This document shows, piece after piece, positions 9,967-18,829 of a DNA stretch of 64,000 nt. Within the stretch, counting starts at the first letter, position 1. Each line of letters opens with the position of its first letter. Made by a program: the position numbers and the translations under genes. The DNA is from an uncultured Kofleriaceae bacterium (lineage in GTDB: Bacteria; Myxococcota_A; Polyangia; Haliangiales; Haliangiaceae). Below the pieces are notes generated by a model, which saw only the letters and a list, made by a program, of their open reading frames with translations, was not told the DNA's origin and did not search any database. Location of the stretch: positions 51,620-115,619 of the forward strand of contig CAYQQM010000001.1 of assembly GCA_964419605.1 (NCBI GenBank), in the 5' to 3' direction.

Positions 9967-12204
9967 ATGCGTCTTTTACTACTCGCGGTCGTTCTCGTCA
10001 CAGCCCCTGTTGCTCGCGCCGATTCGACGCTGCCGGGCGGCGCCACAATAGAGTTCAATCGACTATTCCTGCACGAAAACGACTCCCAGACACTCGTCCA
10101 GCCAGAAAAGGTCCCCGACTCGCTGCTGCGCTACTTCAATTATGCGCACTGCGTCTGTGGCCAACCCGGCAAAGCCGTCCGACCCGACTTTCGTGAAACC
10201 TCGTTTGCGTACGAGTTGTTGCTCAAGAACCAAACCGTGCTCGTTCGTCGACCGCTCGAGATTTGGGTCGGAGCCTCATGCGACGACACGGTGATGCGGC
10301 CGATGAACTGCCACCGCATCGACTCGGCCGGAGTCGCCGACATCGCATCGATCGCCACCACAAACGGTGTCACACCCGAAATCCCGGTTTTCGACCTCTT
10401 GAACCCTGAGCCGTCGCGCCAGGACGCATGCCCCAAACGAGCGCTGTCCGCGACCCAATGGGCCATCGCGGATGGCGACGCCAACGGTTCACCCGACTAC
10501 TTCGTTTCCAAATCGATTTCGACCGACTCCTTGCCGCCGCCTCTGCCAACCGAGTTCAAGGCGACCGGAGCGGAGTCCGGCGTGGTGCTGTCATGGAACA
10601 CACCATCCGGCGATATCGCAGATATCGCGTACTACCAGGCGCTTTGCGCCACCGATTCGGGCGAACCCGGACGAGCTGATCCCCCGGCAGCGCGCTATAT
10701 GAGCCCGCGCGGGCTGTGCGCCGCAGACGAAGACTTCGAGTTGGTTGCGGCCACCGTCGATATCGGGTCTGCAGGTTCCGCCGCCGACGTCGATGAGAGC
10801 ACGTTGGTCAACGGACTAAAGCAGTTCGACCCGAAATACATTTGCGGCGAATCGACGGAGTCCACCGCGACCAGCTTGCGGCTCGAAAAGCTCAAGAACG
10901 GGGAGCCCTACACGGTCGTCCTCGTTGCAATCGACAAGTCCGGAAACGCCAAGGGCGCCTATTTCACCAAAAAGCTAACGCCGCAGCCGGCGACCGATTT
11001 TTGGGAAGACCTCCACGACAAGGGCAGCGATGCTCAAGGTGGATTTTGCCTCATCGCAGAGACCTACGGCGACGATAGTTCGCTGACGAACGCGCTGCGC
11101 CGATTTCGCGACCAAACGCTGGCGCCCCGTGCAAGTGGGCGTTGGTTAACCGCTGCGTACTACGCGTGGTTTGGCAAGCTGGGATCCGCCGCACACAACC
11201 ATGTCATCGTGCGGGGGGTCGCAGCACTTGTGCTCGCGCCTCTCGTCGCGGTGGCATTGCTATGGCATGCGCTCACCCTGCCAGGTATCGCAGTGCTAAT
11301 CGCGCTCGGATGGGTTTGGCGGCGCAGCGCCCGCGATCGATCCCGACGATTCGCGCAGCTCGCTGCATCGGCGATCGCAGCGCTCGCCATGGCGGTTCCA
11401 GCCACTGCGCGCGCGCAATCGCCGTATTGGAGCGACCCGCTTGCATCGGAGAGCAACGGGTCTGTCGCCGATGATCTGAACGTAACGTGGCACGTCGGCG
11501 TTCGCGTTGGCCCCTACACGCCGCAGATCGACTCCGAACCAGGCCTGCTCACCAATACTGCCGGCGAAGGTCCGTATCGCGCGATGTTCGGAGGCTCTCG
11601 GATCACGCCGATACTGGACCTCAATCGCATCGTATGGAGCGGCGTTGGTCAGCTCGGCGTGGGACTGAGCGTGGGATTCATGGGCAAAACTGCCAAGTCG
11701 TACGCAGCAACCGTGGATGCCGACGCCCCAGAGTGCGCCAACCTCGAGGACAAGAACTATTGCATCGATCCGCGCAATCCAAATCGCCTCCGATCGAAGG
11801 GCGACCGCACGTCGTTTCGGCTGATTCCTCTCGAGCTGACCGCCGTATATCGATTCACGTACCTCGACGACGACTTCGGAATTCCGCTTGTGCCTTATGT
11901 GCGCGGTGGTCTTGGGTACTACGTGTGGTGGTCCACTGCGCCCAACGGTGACTTCTCAGTCGCTCCGGGCGCATCGAGCAACAAAGCCCGAGGCGCGAGC
12001 GCCGGACTCGTCGGCGCAGTCGGCTTGCAGGTCCGCGCCGAGCGCATCGATGCTGCTGCTGCGCGGTCCATGACCCAGAGCGGCATCGCCCACGCGGGCT
12101 TTTACGGCGAACTTGCAGTCGGCTGGGTCGACGGATTTGGCAACTCCAGCAAGCTGAACCTCGGCGACAAAACCTGGTTTGCCGGCGTTGACTTCGAGTT
12201 TTAG
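9967..12204 (+). CDS. Composite secreted protein: N-terminal extracellular region, two TM helices, a second signal-like segment and a C-terminal outer-membrane beta-barrel (Myxococcales-type)
   Basis: Signal peptide MRLLLLAVVLVTAPVARA. The C-terminal roughly 260 aa have alternating barrel-like strands and end in ...FAGVDFEF (terminal Phe). See the finding on its internal architecture. Confidence 0.7.
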   Translation: MRLLLLAVVLVTAPVARADSTLPGGATIEFNRLFLHENDSQTLVQPEKVPDSLLRYFNYAHCVCGQPGKAVRPDFRETSFAYELLLKNQTVLVRRPLEIWVGASCDDTVMRPMNCHRIDSAGVADIASIATTNGVTPEIPVFDLLNPEPSRQDACPKRALSATQWAIADGDANGSPDYFVSKSISTDSLPPPLPTEFKATGAESGVVLSWNTPSGDIADIAYYQALCATDSGEPGRADPPAARYMSPRGLCAADEDFELVAATVDIGSAGSAADVDESTLVNGLKQFDPKYICGESTESTATSLRLEKLKNGEPYTVVLVAIDKSGNAKGAYFTKKLTPQPATDFWEDLHDKGSDAQGGFCLIAETYGDDSSLTNALRRFRDQTLAPRASGRWLTAAYYAWFGKLGSAAHNHVIVRGVAALVLAPLVAVALLWHALTLPGIAVLIALGWVWRRSARDRSRRFAQLAASAIAALAMAVPATARAQSPYWSDPLASESNGSVADDLNVTWHVGVRVGPYTPQIDSEPGLLTNTAGEGPYRAMFGGSRITPILDLNRIVWSGVGQLGVGLSVGFMGKTAKSYAATVDADAPECANLEDKNYCIDPRNPNRLRSKGDRTSFRLIPLELTAVYRFTYLDDDFGIPLVPYVRGGLGYYVWWSTAPNGDFSVAPGASSNKARGASAGLVGAVGLQVRAERIDAAAARSMTQSGIAHAGFYGELAVGWVDGFGNSSKLNLGDKTWFAGVDFEF

Positions 12205-12257
12205 GCCAAGCGCAGAACCGAACGCGCGGAGCGACGCGGTCCACCGTGGAGCTTCTC

Positions 12258-12896
12258 TCAATCTTTGGCGATGAGCCTGGGCGCCTCCTGCAGAAAGTAT
12301 CGCTTGATTTCACTCCAGAGTTGAGGCGTCATCCCCGAAGGCAGCGTGGATTCAAGCTCCGCGTCATCGAAAAATGTCAGAGCCCGCAGCACGTGGTACA
12401 GGTCAGGCTCTGCGACTCCAAAGCGTTGAACATATGCGGTGCCCATGGTTCGCAACGCGACCCCACTCGTGGCGATGACGTAGAGATCCCAGAAATCTCG
12501 ACGAATGCCCCGCCGTGAAATCGCGGCCAACTTCATCACCGCCAGATCCAAGGGACTCGCAATCATGATCCCAAGGTCGCTGTCTGCGACCTGAATCGGG
12601 GGATACGCGTACCGAACAAAATCGATTGGAACATCTTCAACGATTGCGTGAAGCGCTACGTCGGTTTCATGGACGATCACAACGTTTTTAAAATGCGCCA
12701 GAAGGTCGGCCTTTGTCCGCGACAGATCCACCGAAGCTCCTCGACTAAAAAAATCGAGATCGCGAGACCGACGGTGGCCGAAATGAAATCCGATCGCACT
12801 GCCGCCGGCGAGATAATACGAATCAACGAGGCCGAATCGCTTTAGTCGATCCAGGGTGCCGCGGAGCTTTTCCTCCAAGTTGGCGGTGCTGGCCAT
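12258..12896 (-). CDS. Nucleotidyltransferase AbiEii/AbiGii-family toxin (type IV TA)
   Basis: 212 aa. YYLAGGSAIGFHFGHRRSRDLDFF ... SPLDLAVMKLAAISRRGIRRDFWDLY matches the pattern I recall for AbiEii-like nucleotidyltransferases. Confidence 0.8.
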   Translation of the reverse strand: MASTANLEEKLRGTLDRLKRFGLVDSYYLAGGSAIGFHFGHRRSRDLDFFSRGASVDLSRTKADLLAHFKNVVIVHETDVALHAIVEDVPIDFVRYAYPPIQVADSDLGIMIASPLDLAVMKLAAISRRGIRRDFWDLYVIATSGVALRTMGTAYVQRFGVAEPDLYHVLRALTFFDDAELESTLPSGMTPQLWSEIKRYFLQEAPRLIAKD

Positions 12897-13174
12897 GGTG
12901 TCGTTTCCTCAAAGTAGGCATGCCAAAACGTTCGAGTGCGGTGCGAAACAATAGGATGTGCATACGAGCGAAAAAACTGCCGAATCCGTTCCGATCCGTA
13001 CTGTCGCAGCAACCACCGCACATCCGCAAGCCGGCCGTGCTCGAGCACGCGAGCCATGATTGCCTCTGCGTCCCGATCCAGATCAAGAGCTTCGACATCG
13101 AGGTCCCAAAGAAACGGCACCACGCTCTCCGGCAGCTCGCTCACACTACCAGCATAGCACGCCAGGGGATCCAC
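12842..13174 (-). CDS. Small protein upstream of AbiEii; putative cognate antitoxin (family not recognised)
   Basis: 110-aa ORF immediately upstream on the same strand. It overlaps the AbiEii start by 55 nt. The local sequence is more A/T-rich than the flanks. Confidence 0.5.
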   Translation of the reverse strand: MDPLACYAGSVSELPESVVPFLWDLDVEALDLDRDAEAIMARVLEHGRLADVRWLLRQYGSERIRQFFRSYAHPIVSHRTRTFWHAYFEETTPWPAPPTWRKSSAAPWID

Positions 13175-13260
13175 ACGATCTGAATCGCGTCCGAGGGGGT
13201 GTGATCACAAACCATGGGTAGGAGTTCGCGAAAAATCGCTTCACCAGCCATTGGTTGCTA

Positions 13261-14613
13261 TCACTTCCCCAGTTCGTCGGCGCCGAGGTCGCATCCGGCG
13301 CCGATCGGCCTTTGGTCGCCGTCGACGTCCACCGTATTTCCAGGACAGCTAGCTTTGTCGGTAACTTTGTCGACAATGTCCCCCGGCGTCCTTGAGCCGA
13401 GGTGGTAGTCGGTTGCGCTAACAAAGCCTGGATCGCCTGGACCGACGAAGGAGTTGCCGACGTTACAGTCGGCAGTTGCACTGGGAAGCGCAGCGTTACG
13501 ATTTCGCACAATGATGTTGTTGTTTGCGGTGAAGAATCCATTGACTTTTGCACATGAGATGCCACCCGCCAGTACAGAGTTGGACACGGAGTCTGTATTT
13601 GTATTCGTATTATCCGCAATAGTATTGAACTCGATCTTATTCGAGGGTGTGTTGTCTGCATACACACGGATGCCGCCGACAAACAATGTTGAATCTAGAG
13701 CGTCACCATTGCCTACGATAAAATTGTTCGAAATCGTGAACGCGATAGGGCCTCCCATAAAAATTCCGCCGCGACGATTGTCGCGAATCGTCGAGCGCGT
13801 GACGTACAGCGGGCCCGCGGCACCAACAGCGAAGTCCATTCGGTTGTTCCGGACCGTCGATTCGATGACATTTAGGGCGCCGTCACGGATCGTATAAACC
13901 CCGGCTCCGTTGTCGCGAACCGTCGATTGGAGGATCGTTAACGCGCCTAGCGTCTCATTGGTAGCGCCGCACCAATCGTTGCTGCTCATCGTCACGCGCT
14001 GCAGTGTGACCTCCGGAGCGTCGCCGTTTTTCATCCAAAGCGCACAACCAGTGGAGGCCGGGCTACTTTGTGCTCCGGTGAGTTCAAGGTCGTAGATGGT
14101 AACCTTCGAGTTGCCCGCAATCGTAATCAATTTGCCCGTCGTGCTGCGAGTGAGCTGGGCGCCGGGGTCGGCCGCGATAGTGACAGTCTGGTTCGTGATC
14201 GTCACATTGTCCGCGATCGTTCCGGTCATCTTGACGACGGGCCGCCGGGTATCCAGCGCGATCTGTAGCGACGAACAGGGCAGGTCTTTGGTGCATGCGG
14301 CACCTTTTCCGTTGGACGCCACATACGCGACATTGTTCTCGGCGCTACAGCCTTCCGGCAAGCAGACATCCGAGGCGCATTGTTTGTGCATCGTGCACGC
14401 CTTGCACGTGTTATCGGCGCCGCAATACGGAGTAGCCCCGCTACAGGCTCCAGATTCCCCGGCGGTGCACTGTACGCAGCTTCCGGCCGTTGTGTCGCAC
14501 ACGGCGGTTGCTCCAGAACATTCGGCGCTCGATTGACATCCTGTGGGCTTGGCGTCTGTGCCAGCATCCTTGTGACGGTTCGGGTTGGGCACCGTGCAGG
14601 CCGACATCAGCAA
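13261..14613 (-). CDS. Secreted right-handed parallel beta-helix protein with a Cys-rich N-terminal module
   Basis: Cys-rich stretch CQSSAECSGATAVCDTTAGSCVQCTAGESGACSGATPYCGADNTCKACTMHKQC. It is followed by many short N/G/I/T-rich turns (VTITNQTVTIAA, NNRMDF, IRDNRRGGIF, ISNNFIVGNGD), typical of pectate-lyase-like beta-helices. The N-terminus is anomalous; see the finding. Confidence 0.75.
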   Translation of the reverse strand: MLMSACTVPNPNRHKDAGTDAKPTGCQSSAECSGATAVCDTTAGSCVQCTAGESGACSGATPYCGADNTCKACTMHKQCASDVCLPEGCSAENNVAYVASNGKGAACTKDLPCSSLQIALDTRRPVVKMTGTIADNVTITNQTVTIAADPGAQLTRSTTGKLITIAGNSKVTIYDLELTGAQSSPASTGCALWMKNGDAPEVTLQRVTMSSNDWCGATNETLGALTILQSTVRDNGAGVYTIRDGALNVIESTVRNNRMDFAVGAAGPLYVTRSTIRDNRRGGIFMGGPIAFTISNNFIVGNGDALDSTLFVGGIRVYADNTPSNKIEFNTIADNTNTNTDSVSNSVLAGGISCAKVNGFFTANNNIIVRNRNAALPSATADCNVGNSFVGPGDPGFVSATDYHLGSRTPGDIVDKVTDKASCPGNTVDVDGDQRPIGAGCDLGADELGK

Positions 14614-14833
14614 CAGGCGATCATTTTGAGAACTGGTTTTGCTTCATGGGGGAGTTATCGGTAAAGGGCGGCGATAGTTGCGCACTTTTGTATGATTTTG
14701 GGATGATTGTTTGTTTTTGAACAAAATTGGGATGTTAGGATCAACAGGATCAACTTGATCAGTATCCGAGCGACGATTCGACGTTTGCTTGCAGCGGCGA
14801 TCACCTGGGGCGAGCACCGCCGCCAGGCCGAGT

Positions 14834-16537
14834 TCAGCGGCCAGAGCCCGATTCGTTGGCGAGGGCGACATCCGGTAAGCCAACGCCATCGCACAAGGCA
14901 TAGCCACTAAATGTGGTGCCGCGATCGATACTCGTCGCGTAGCCAACGACAACTCGGTTGCGATCCACAAGTTCGCGAAGCGAAAACGTCTGCTGTATCG
15001 GCAATGACCCCGTAACCCGACAGTACCCGCGCTGCGTCGTCGGACTGAACGTCTTGACTCGGATCGCAGAGCCGCCTTCCGGCCAGGTCGATCCAAGGGG
15101 CGCCACCCACGCAAAAATGCTGCGCCGATGACGGCGCAGGTAGGGCATCAGAGCGTCTAGTTCCGTCTTAAAATAGGCGTCCGACCACGCCGCAGTGGTT
15201 TCGGGAACGAGTGCCGGGAATCCGAGGAGGAACGCTGTCGTCGCTAGATTGAGGTACGGCCGCCGTAAGTCTCTACAGTGTGCAATTCCAGCTCTGGCCT
15301 CATCGATGAATACGAGTAAACTAACGAGCAGCAGCCCTACACTTGCAAACCGGCGCAACCGCGACAGCGCACCGCTAAGTCCCCAACACGCAAGTAACCA
15401 CCAACCGATGATCGCCGTTGCACAATACCGGTGTGGAACAAATAGCCGGTCGAGGTCTCCGGGGATCCCCGGATTGCGCACGAGTTGAATCGTTACGGCG
15501 CCAATGCCTGCCATCGCGTAAAGAACGAGCACACTGGCGGAGAACACGACGAGTGCGCTAGAGGTCCGATTCGCAAACGGCTTGGACGAAACGATCGGAG
15601 GAAGCTGGCGGGCCCATTGTTGATACAACGCGCGCCCAATGCTCACGGCCAACCAGGCAAACATTCCAAGCACAGCCACCGCGATGGGCAGACGTATCCA
15701 CGCGAACTCTTTCCACAGGTAGGACTCTAGAACCGGAGTCAGCAGAAATCCGGTAAACAGGCCGAAGGCCTGTCTCGCCTTAGCGATGCTGAGCACCGAG
15801 ACCGCAGCGGTAAATTCCGTTTCGCGCGGACCGTATACGCGTTGAATGATGAACACTGTTACGAGTGGCAACACGCTAAGTGCGATTCGGCGCCATCCGG
15901 CGCGCGCGACCACGTGGAGCGCGATTAGCGAAATCGCAAACAGATGCCCCGACCCGTGAAACGTCGTAGCGATACACGCGAGGACGAGTCGAGTGACATA
16001 GGATCTGCTCAGCACACTGACCGAATTTCGGACGACGATATGAGCCATCGACCACAATAGCCAAAGGTAGGTGAGCCGCGACGCTTGGATCACGACGTGA
16101 AACGGCATCACCACCCCTTCGGTGTCTTGTGGGCTTGTAAACAGGAATGCGAAGGTGATGCCCGCAAGCCATCGCAGCCACGCTCGCTCGATTGGGAATG
16201 ACAGCAGGACGTGGACGACAAAAAACGCAGTCGCGACCGTGGTTGTCACCGCGGTGGCGAGTAAGAAAATCTGATGTCCTCCAAGCGCAAAATCTATGTA
16301 CGTAAGGACGTAAACGATAGAGTGCAAATGCGCCCCATGCAGGTGGAAGATGTACTGATCAGGGCGCAGCGCCCCCAGATTTGCCAGCATGATGCGATGC
16401 AAGACCGCCCAGCCGTCTACAAATGGTGCCGGCGTAAACACGCCGATCACCGACACCATGTTCACCGCGCAAACGGCGGCGATGCCAGTATACAGCCACC
16501 TCCGTTCACGGGCTGTTGTCGCGGGTGCGCTCAGCAC
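14834..16537 (-). CDS. Polytopic integral membrane protein (function unknown; glycosyltransferase-C-like by context only)
   Basis: 567 aa with more than 10 hydrophobic helices along about 450 aa, followed by a soluble tail of roughly 100 aa. Confidence 0.65.
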   Translation of the reverse strand: MLSAPATTARERRWLYTGIAAVCAVNMVSVIGVFTPAPFVDGWAVLHRIMLANLGALRPDQYIFHLHGAHLHSIVYVLTYIDFALGGHQIFLLATAVTTTVATAFFVVHVLLSFPIERAWLRWLAGITFAFLFTSPQDTEGVVMPFHVVIQASRLTYLWLLWSMAHIVVRNSVSVLSRSYVTRLVLACIATTFHGSGHLFAISLIALHVVARAGWRRIALSVLPLVTVFIIQRVYGPRETEFTAAVSVLSIAKARQAFGLFTGFLLTPVLESYLWKEFAWIRLPIAVAVLGMFAWLAVSIGRALYQQWARQLPPIVSSKPFANRTSSALVVFSASVLVLYAMAGIGAVTIQLVRNPGIPGDLDRLFVPHRYCATAIIGWWLLACWGLSGALSRLRRFASVGLLLVSLLVFIDEARAGIAHCRDLRRPYLNLATTAFLLGFPALVPETTAAWSDAYFKTELDALMPYLRRHRRSIFAWVAPLGSTWPEGGSAIRVKTFSPTTQRGYCRVTGSLPIQQTFSLRELVDRNRVVVGYATSIDRGTTFSGYALCDGVGLPDVALANESGSGR

Positions 16538-16780
16538 ACTGGCCTATATCACGCATTTGGAGCCGAAAGCGCGAGAGGGACGCGCTGCGCGCTACCCCGC
16601 CCCCTTCATGAACGGCCGTTTGATGGGAAGTATGGGCGGGGCGGAGCAATCGTTCCAACCCGCGGCACGCGGACCCAATATCGGCGTTGGCTTGCCTCGT
16701 CTCATTCCTTGCTCGAGCAGGCGTGGAGAAATTGGCCACTGGCGACCTCCGCATCTGTTCTCCGCGAAAATTATTAACAA

Positions 16781-16792
16781 AAACAATTGTTT
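16781..16792. promoter_or_regulatory. Perfect 12-bp palindrome AAACAATTGTTT in an A/T-rich divergent intergenic region
   Basis: It lies between the divergently oriented membrane-protein gene (start 16537) and the FG-GAP lipoprotein gene (start 16850). Confidence 0.3.
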
Positions 16793-16849
16793 GTACCCCA
16801 CGCTACTTTTCGTAGCAACTCTGGTAACCATGTGCCGATACTCCCCCGT

Positions 16850-18643
16850 ATGAAGCAAATCGTTCTACATCGAACTGTTAACCATCACCCTCTCAACACA
16901 GACAGCCAATGGCGATCGATTCTCCGGCAGTCGGTGTTCATGGCGCTAGCGATATTCATGGTGGCGTGCACAGTGGCTAATCCAAGGCGTCGCCCCGACG
17001 GGGGGACAGACGCGGGGATCGACCCGAACTCGCCCGCCAAGGAGCTCACATCGTTTGTGTTCCGCACCAGCGATAACCCGGGGCTCGCAGCGGATATCAC
17101 TGCGGTCATCGACGGAACCAACGTCCGGGCCACCGTGCCGTTTGGGAGAAACCAGTCGCTGGTCGCTGCTTTCACCACCACGGGGGCACGCGTCGAGGTA
17201 GCCGGCGCAACCCAAGAGTCGGGCGTCACCAGTAACGGATTTGGAAGCCCCGTCGTCTATCGCGTTTTCGCTGGCAATGGATCGACGCAGGACTACACAG
17301 TCACCGCGTCGACGCCCATCCAACAGGCGTACGTCAAAGCGTCGAATCCCGGTACTATCGACGGATTCGGCGCTGTGGCTCTATCGGCCGATGGCAATAC
17401 CCTCGCGGTCGGTGCTCCCGGGGAAGGCGATGTAAAGCAGAACAGCGGAGCCGTGTACGTGTTCACGCGGTCGGGCGTCGGATGGAGCCAACAGGCGTAT
17501 CTCAAAGCATCCAATGCGGGCCCAGATGACATCTTCGGTAGCAGTGTTGCTCTCTCGGCGGACGGCACCATCCTTGCTGTCGGCGCCCTCGGGGAGGACA
17601 GCGATTCTCAGGGCATCGACGGGCCCGACAATAATAACGCCCCGGACAGCGGCGCGGCGTACATATTCGTCCGATCTGGCACCTCCTGGAGCGAACAGGC
17701 GTACGCAAAAGCCTCCAACACGAGTGCGGGGGCCGCATTCGGCACGAGCGTGGCACTGTCGGCCAATGGTGACACGCTCGCTGTTGGAGCGTATGGGGAA
17801 AACAGTGTGCAGCCCCAAAGTGGGGCTGCATATGTATTCACCCGGTCCGGCGGCGTTTGGAGCCAACAAGCGGATCTGAAAGCGTCCAATGCGAGCCAGG
17901 GATACCACTTCGGTATCGGCGTTTCGCTATCGGCCGACGGGAACACCCTCGCTGTCGGCGCTTTCGGGGAAAGCGCGCCGTCGGGACAAGTGGGAAGCGG
18001 AGCCGCCTACGTTTTTGTCCGGTCTGGCACCGCGTGGAGCCAACAGGGGAACCTCAAAGCGTCCAACGCTGATAGTGCGAAGGATAGTTTCGGAGTCAGC
18101 GTTTCACTCTCGGCAGACGGTACTACGCTGGCCGTTGGGGCCCGCTGGGAGGACAGCTCAACCAGAGGCATCGGCACAAACCCAAACAATTCGGCGAACA
18201 AGTGTGGGGCCGCCTACGTGTTTGCCCGCTCTGGCACGGTGTGGACGCAGCAGGAGTACATTAAAGCGTCGAATGCCGACGCGGCAGACGAGTTCGGGCA
18301 GAGTGTCGCGTTGTCGGCGGACGGCAACACCCTCGCTGTTGGCGCGTACGGAGAAGGCAGCAAGGCCACAGGCATTGGCGGGGACCAGAATGACAATTCC
18401 TGGTCGTTTGCCGGCGCCGTATACGAGTTCACCCGGACGGGCTCTGCGTGGAGCCAACAAGCATATATCAAGGCGTCCAATACCGGCGCCGTAGACGCAT
18501 TCGGCGGTCGAGTCGCGCTGTCAGCGGACGGCGTGACCCTAGCCGTTGGGGCCCACCGTGAAGACAGCAAGGCCACAGGCGTCAACGGGAAACAGAACGA
18601 TAATTCAGTCGAAGACAGCGGCGCCGTGTATTTGTTCCACTAG
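16850..18643 (+). CDS. Lipoprotein with an Ig-like N-domain and seven FG-GAP/integrin-alpha-like repeats (beta-propeller)
   Basis: Start set to ATG 16850 (MKQIVLH...). Lipobox ALAIFMVAC. There are seven units of the form QQAYxKASN...FGxSVALSADGNTLAVGA.GE....GAAYVFxRSG..WSQQ. Confidence 0.85.
   Translation: MKQIVLHRTVNHHPLNTDSQWRSILRQSVFMALAIFMVACTVANPRRRPDGGTDAGIDPNSPAKELTSFVFRTSDNPGLAADITAVIDGTNVRATVPFGRNQSLVAAFTTTGARVEVAGATQESGVTSNGFGSPVVYRVFAGNGSTQDYTVTASTPIQQAYVKASNPGTIDGFGAVALSADGNTLAVGAPGEGDVKQNSGAVYVFTRSGVGWSQQAYLKASNAGPDDIFGSSVALSADGTILAVGALGEDSDSQGIDGPDNNNAPDSGAAYIFVRSGTSWSEQAYAKASNTSAGAAFGTSVALSANGDTLAVGAYGENSVQPQSGAAYVFTRSGGVWSQQADLKASNASQGYHFGIGVSLSADGNTLAVGAFGESAPSGQVGSGAAYVFVRSGTAWSQQGNLKASNADSAKDSFGVSVSLSADGTTLAVGARWEDSSTRGIGTNPNNSANKCGAAYVFARSGTVWTQQEYIKASNADAADEFGQSVALSADGNTLAVGAYGEGSKATGIGGDQNDNSWSFAGAVYEFTRTGSAWSQQAYIKASNTGAVDAFGGRVALSADGVTLAVGAHREDSKATGVNGKQNDNSVEDSGAVYLFH
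17321..18640 (+). repeat. Seven tandem coding repeats (about 56-69 codons each) inside the FG-GAP lipoprotein gene
   Basis: Repeat starts at protein residues 179, 235, 303, 360, 419, 488 and 557 of the track ORF (QQAYVKASN, QQAYLKASN, EQAYAKASN, QQADLKASN, QQGNLKASN, QQEYIKASN, QQAYIKASN). Confidence 0.85.
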
Positions 18644-18829
18644 GCTCAAATGGGCGCCCCGACCGCTAGGAACTCGGCCAGAACGCGGTGGGGCGCGGTT
18701 GCGAACGGACAATCGCAAACGATCCCCCCTCCAATCGACCAAGAGTCTCAGCCGGGCCGTCGCGTGGCCACCGGCGGCACATGAGCGTGGCTCGGTCGTG
18801 GCTGTGGTGGCATCGGCCTTGCGTCGAAG

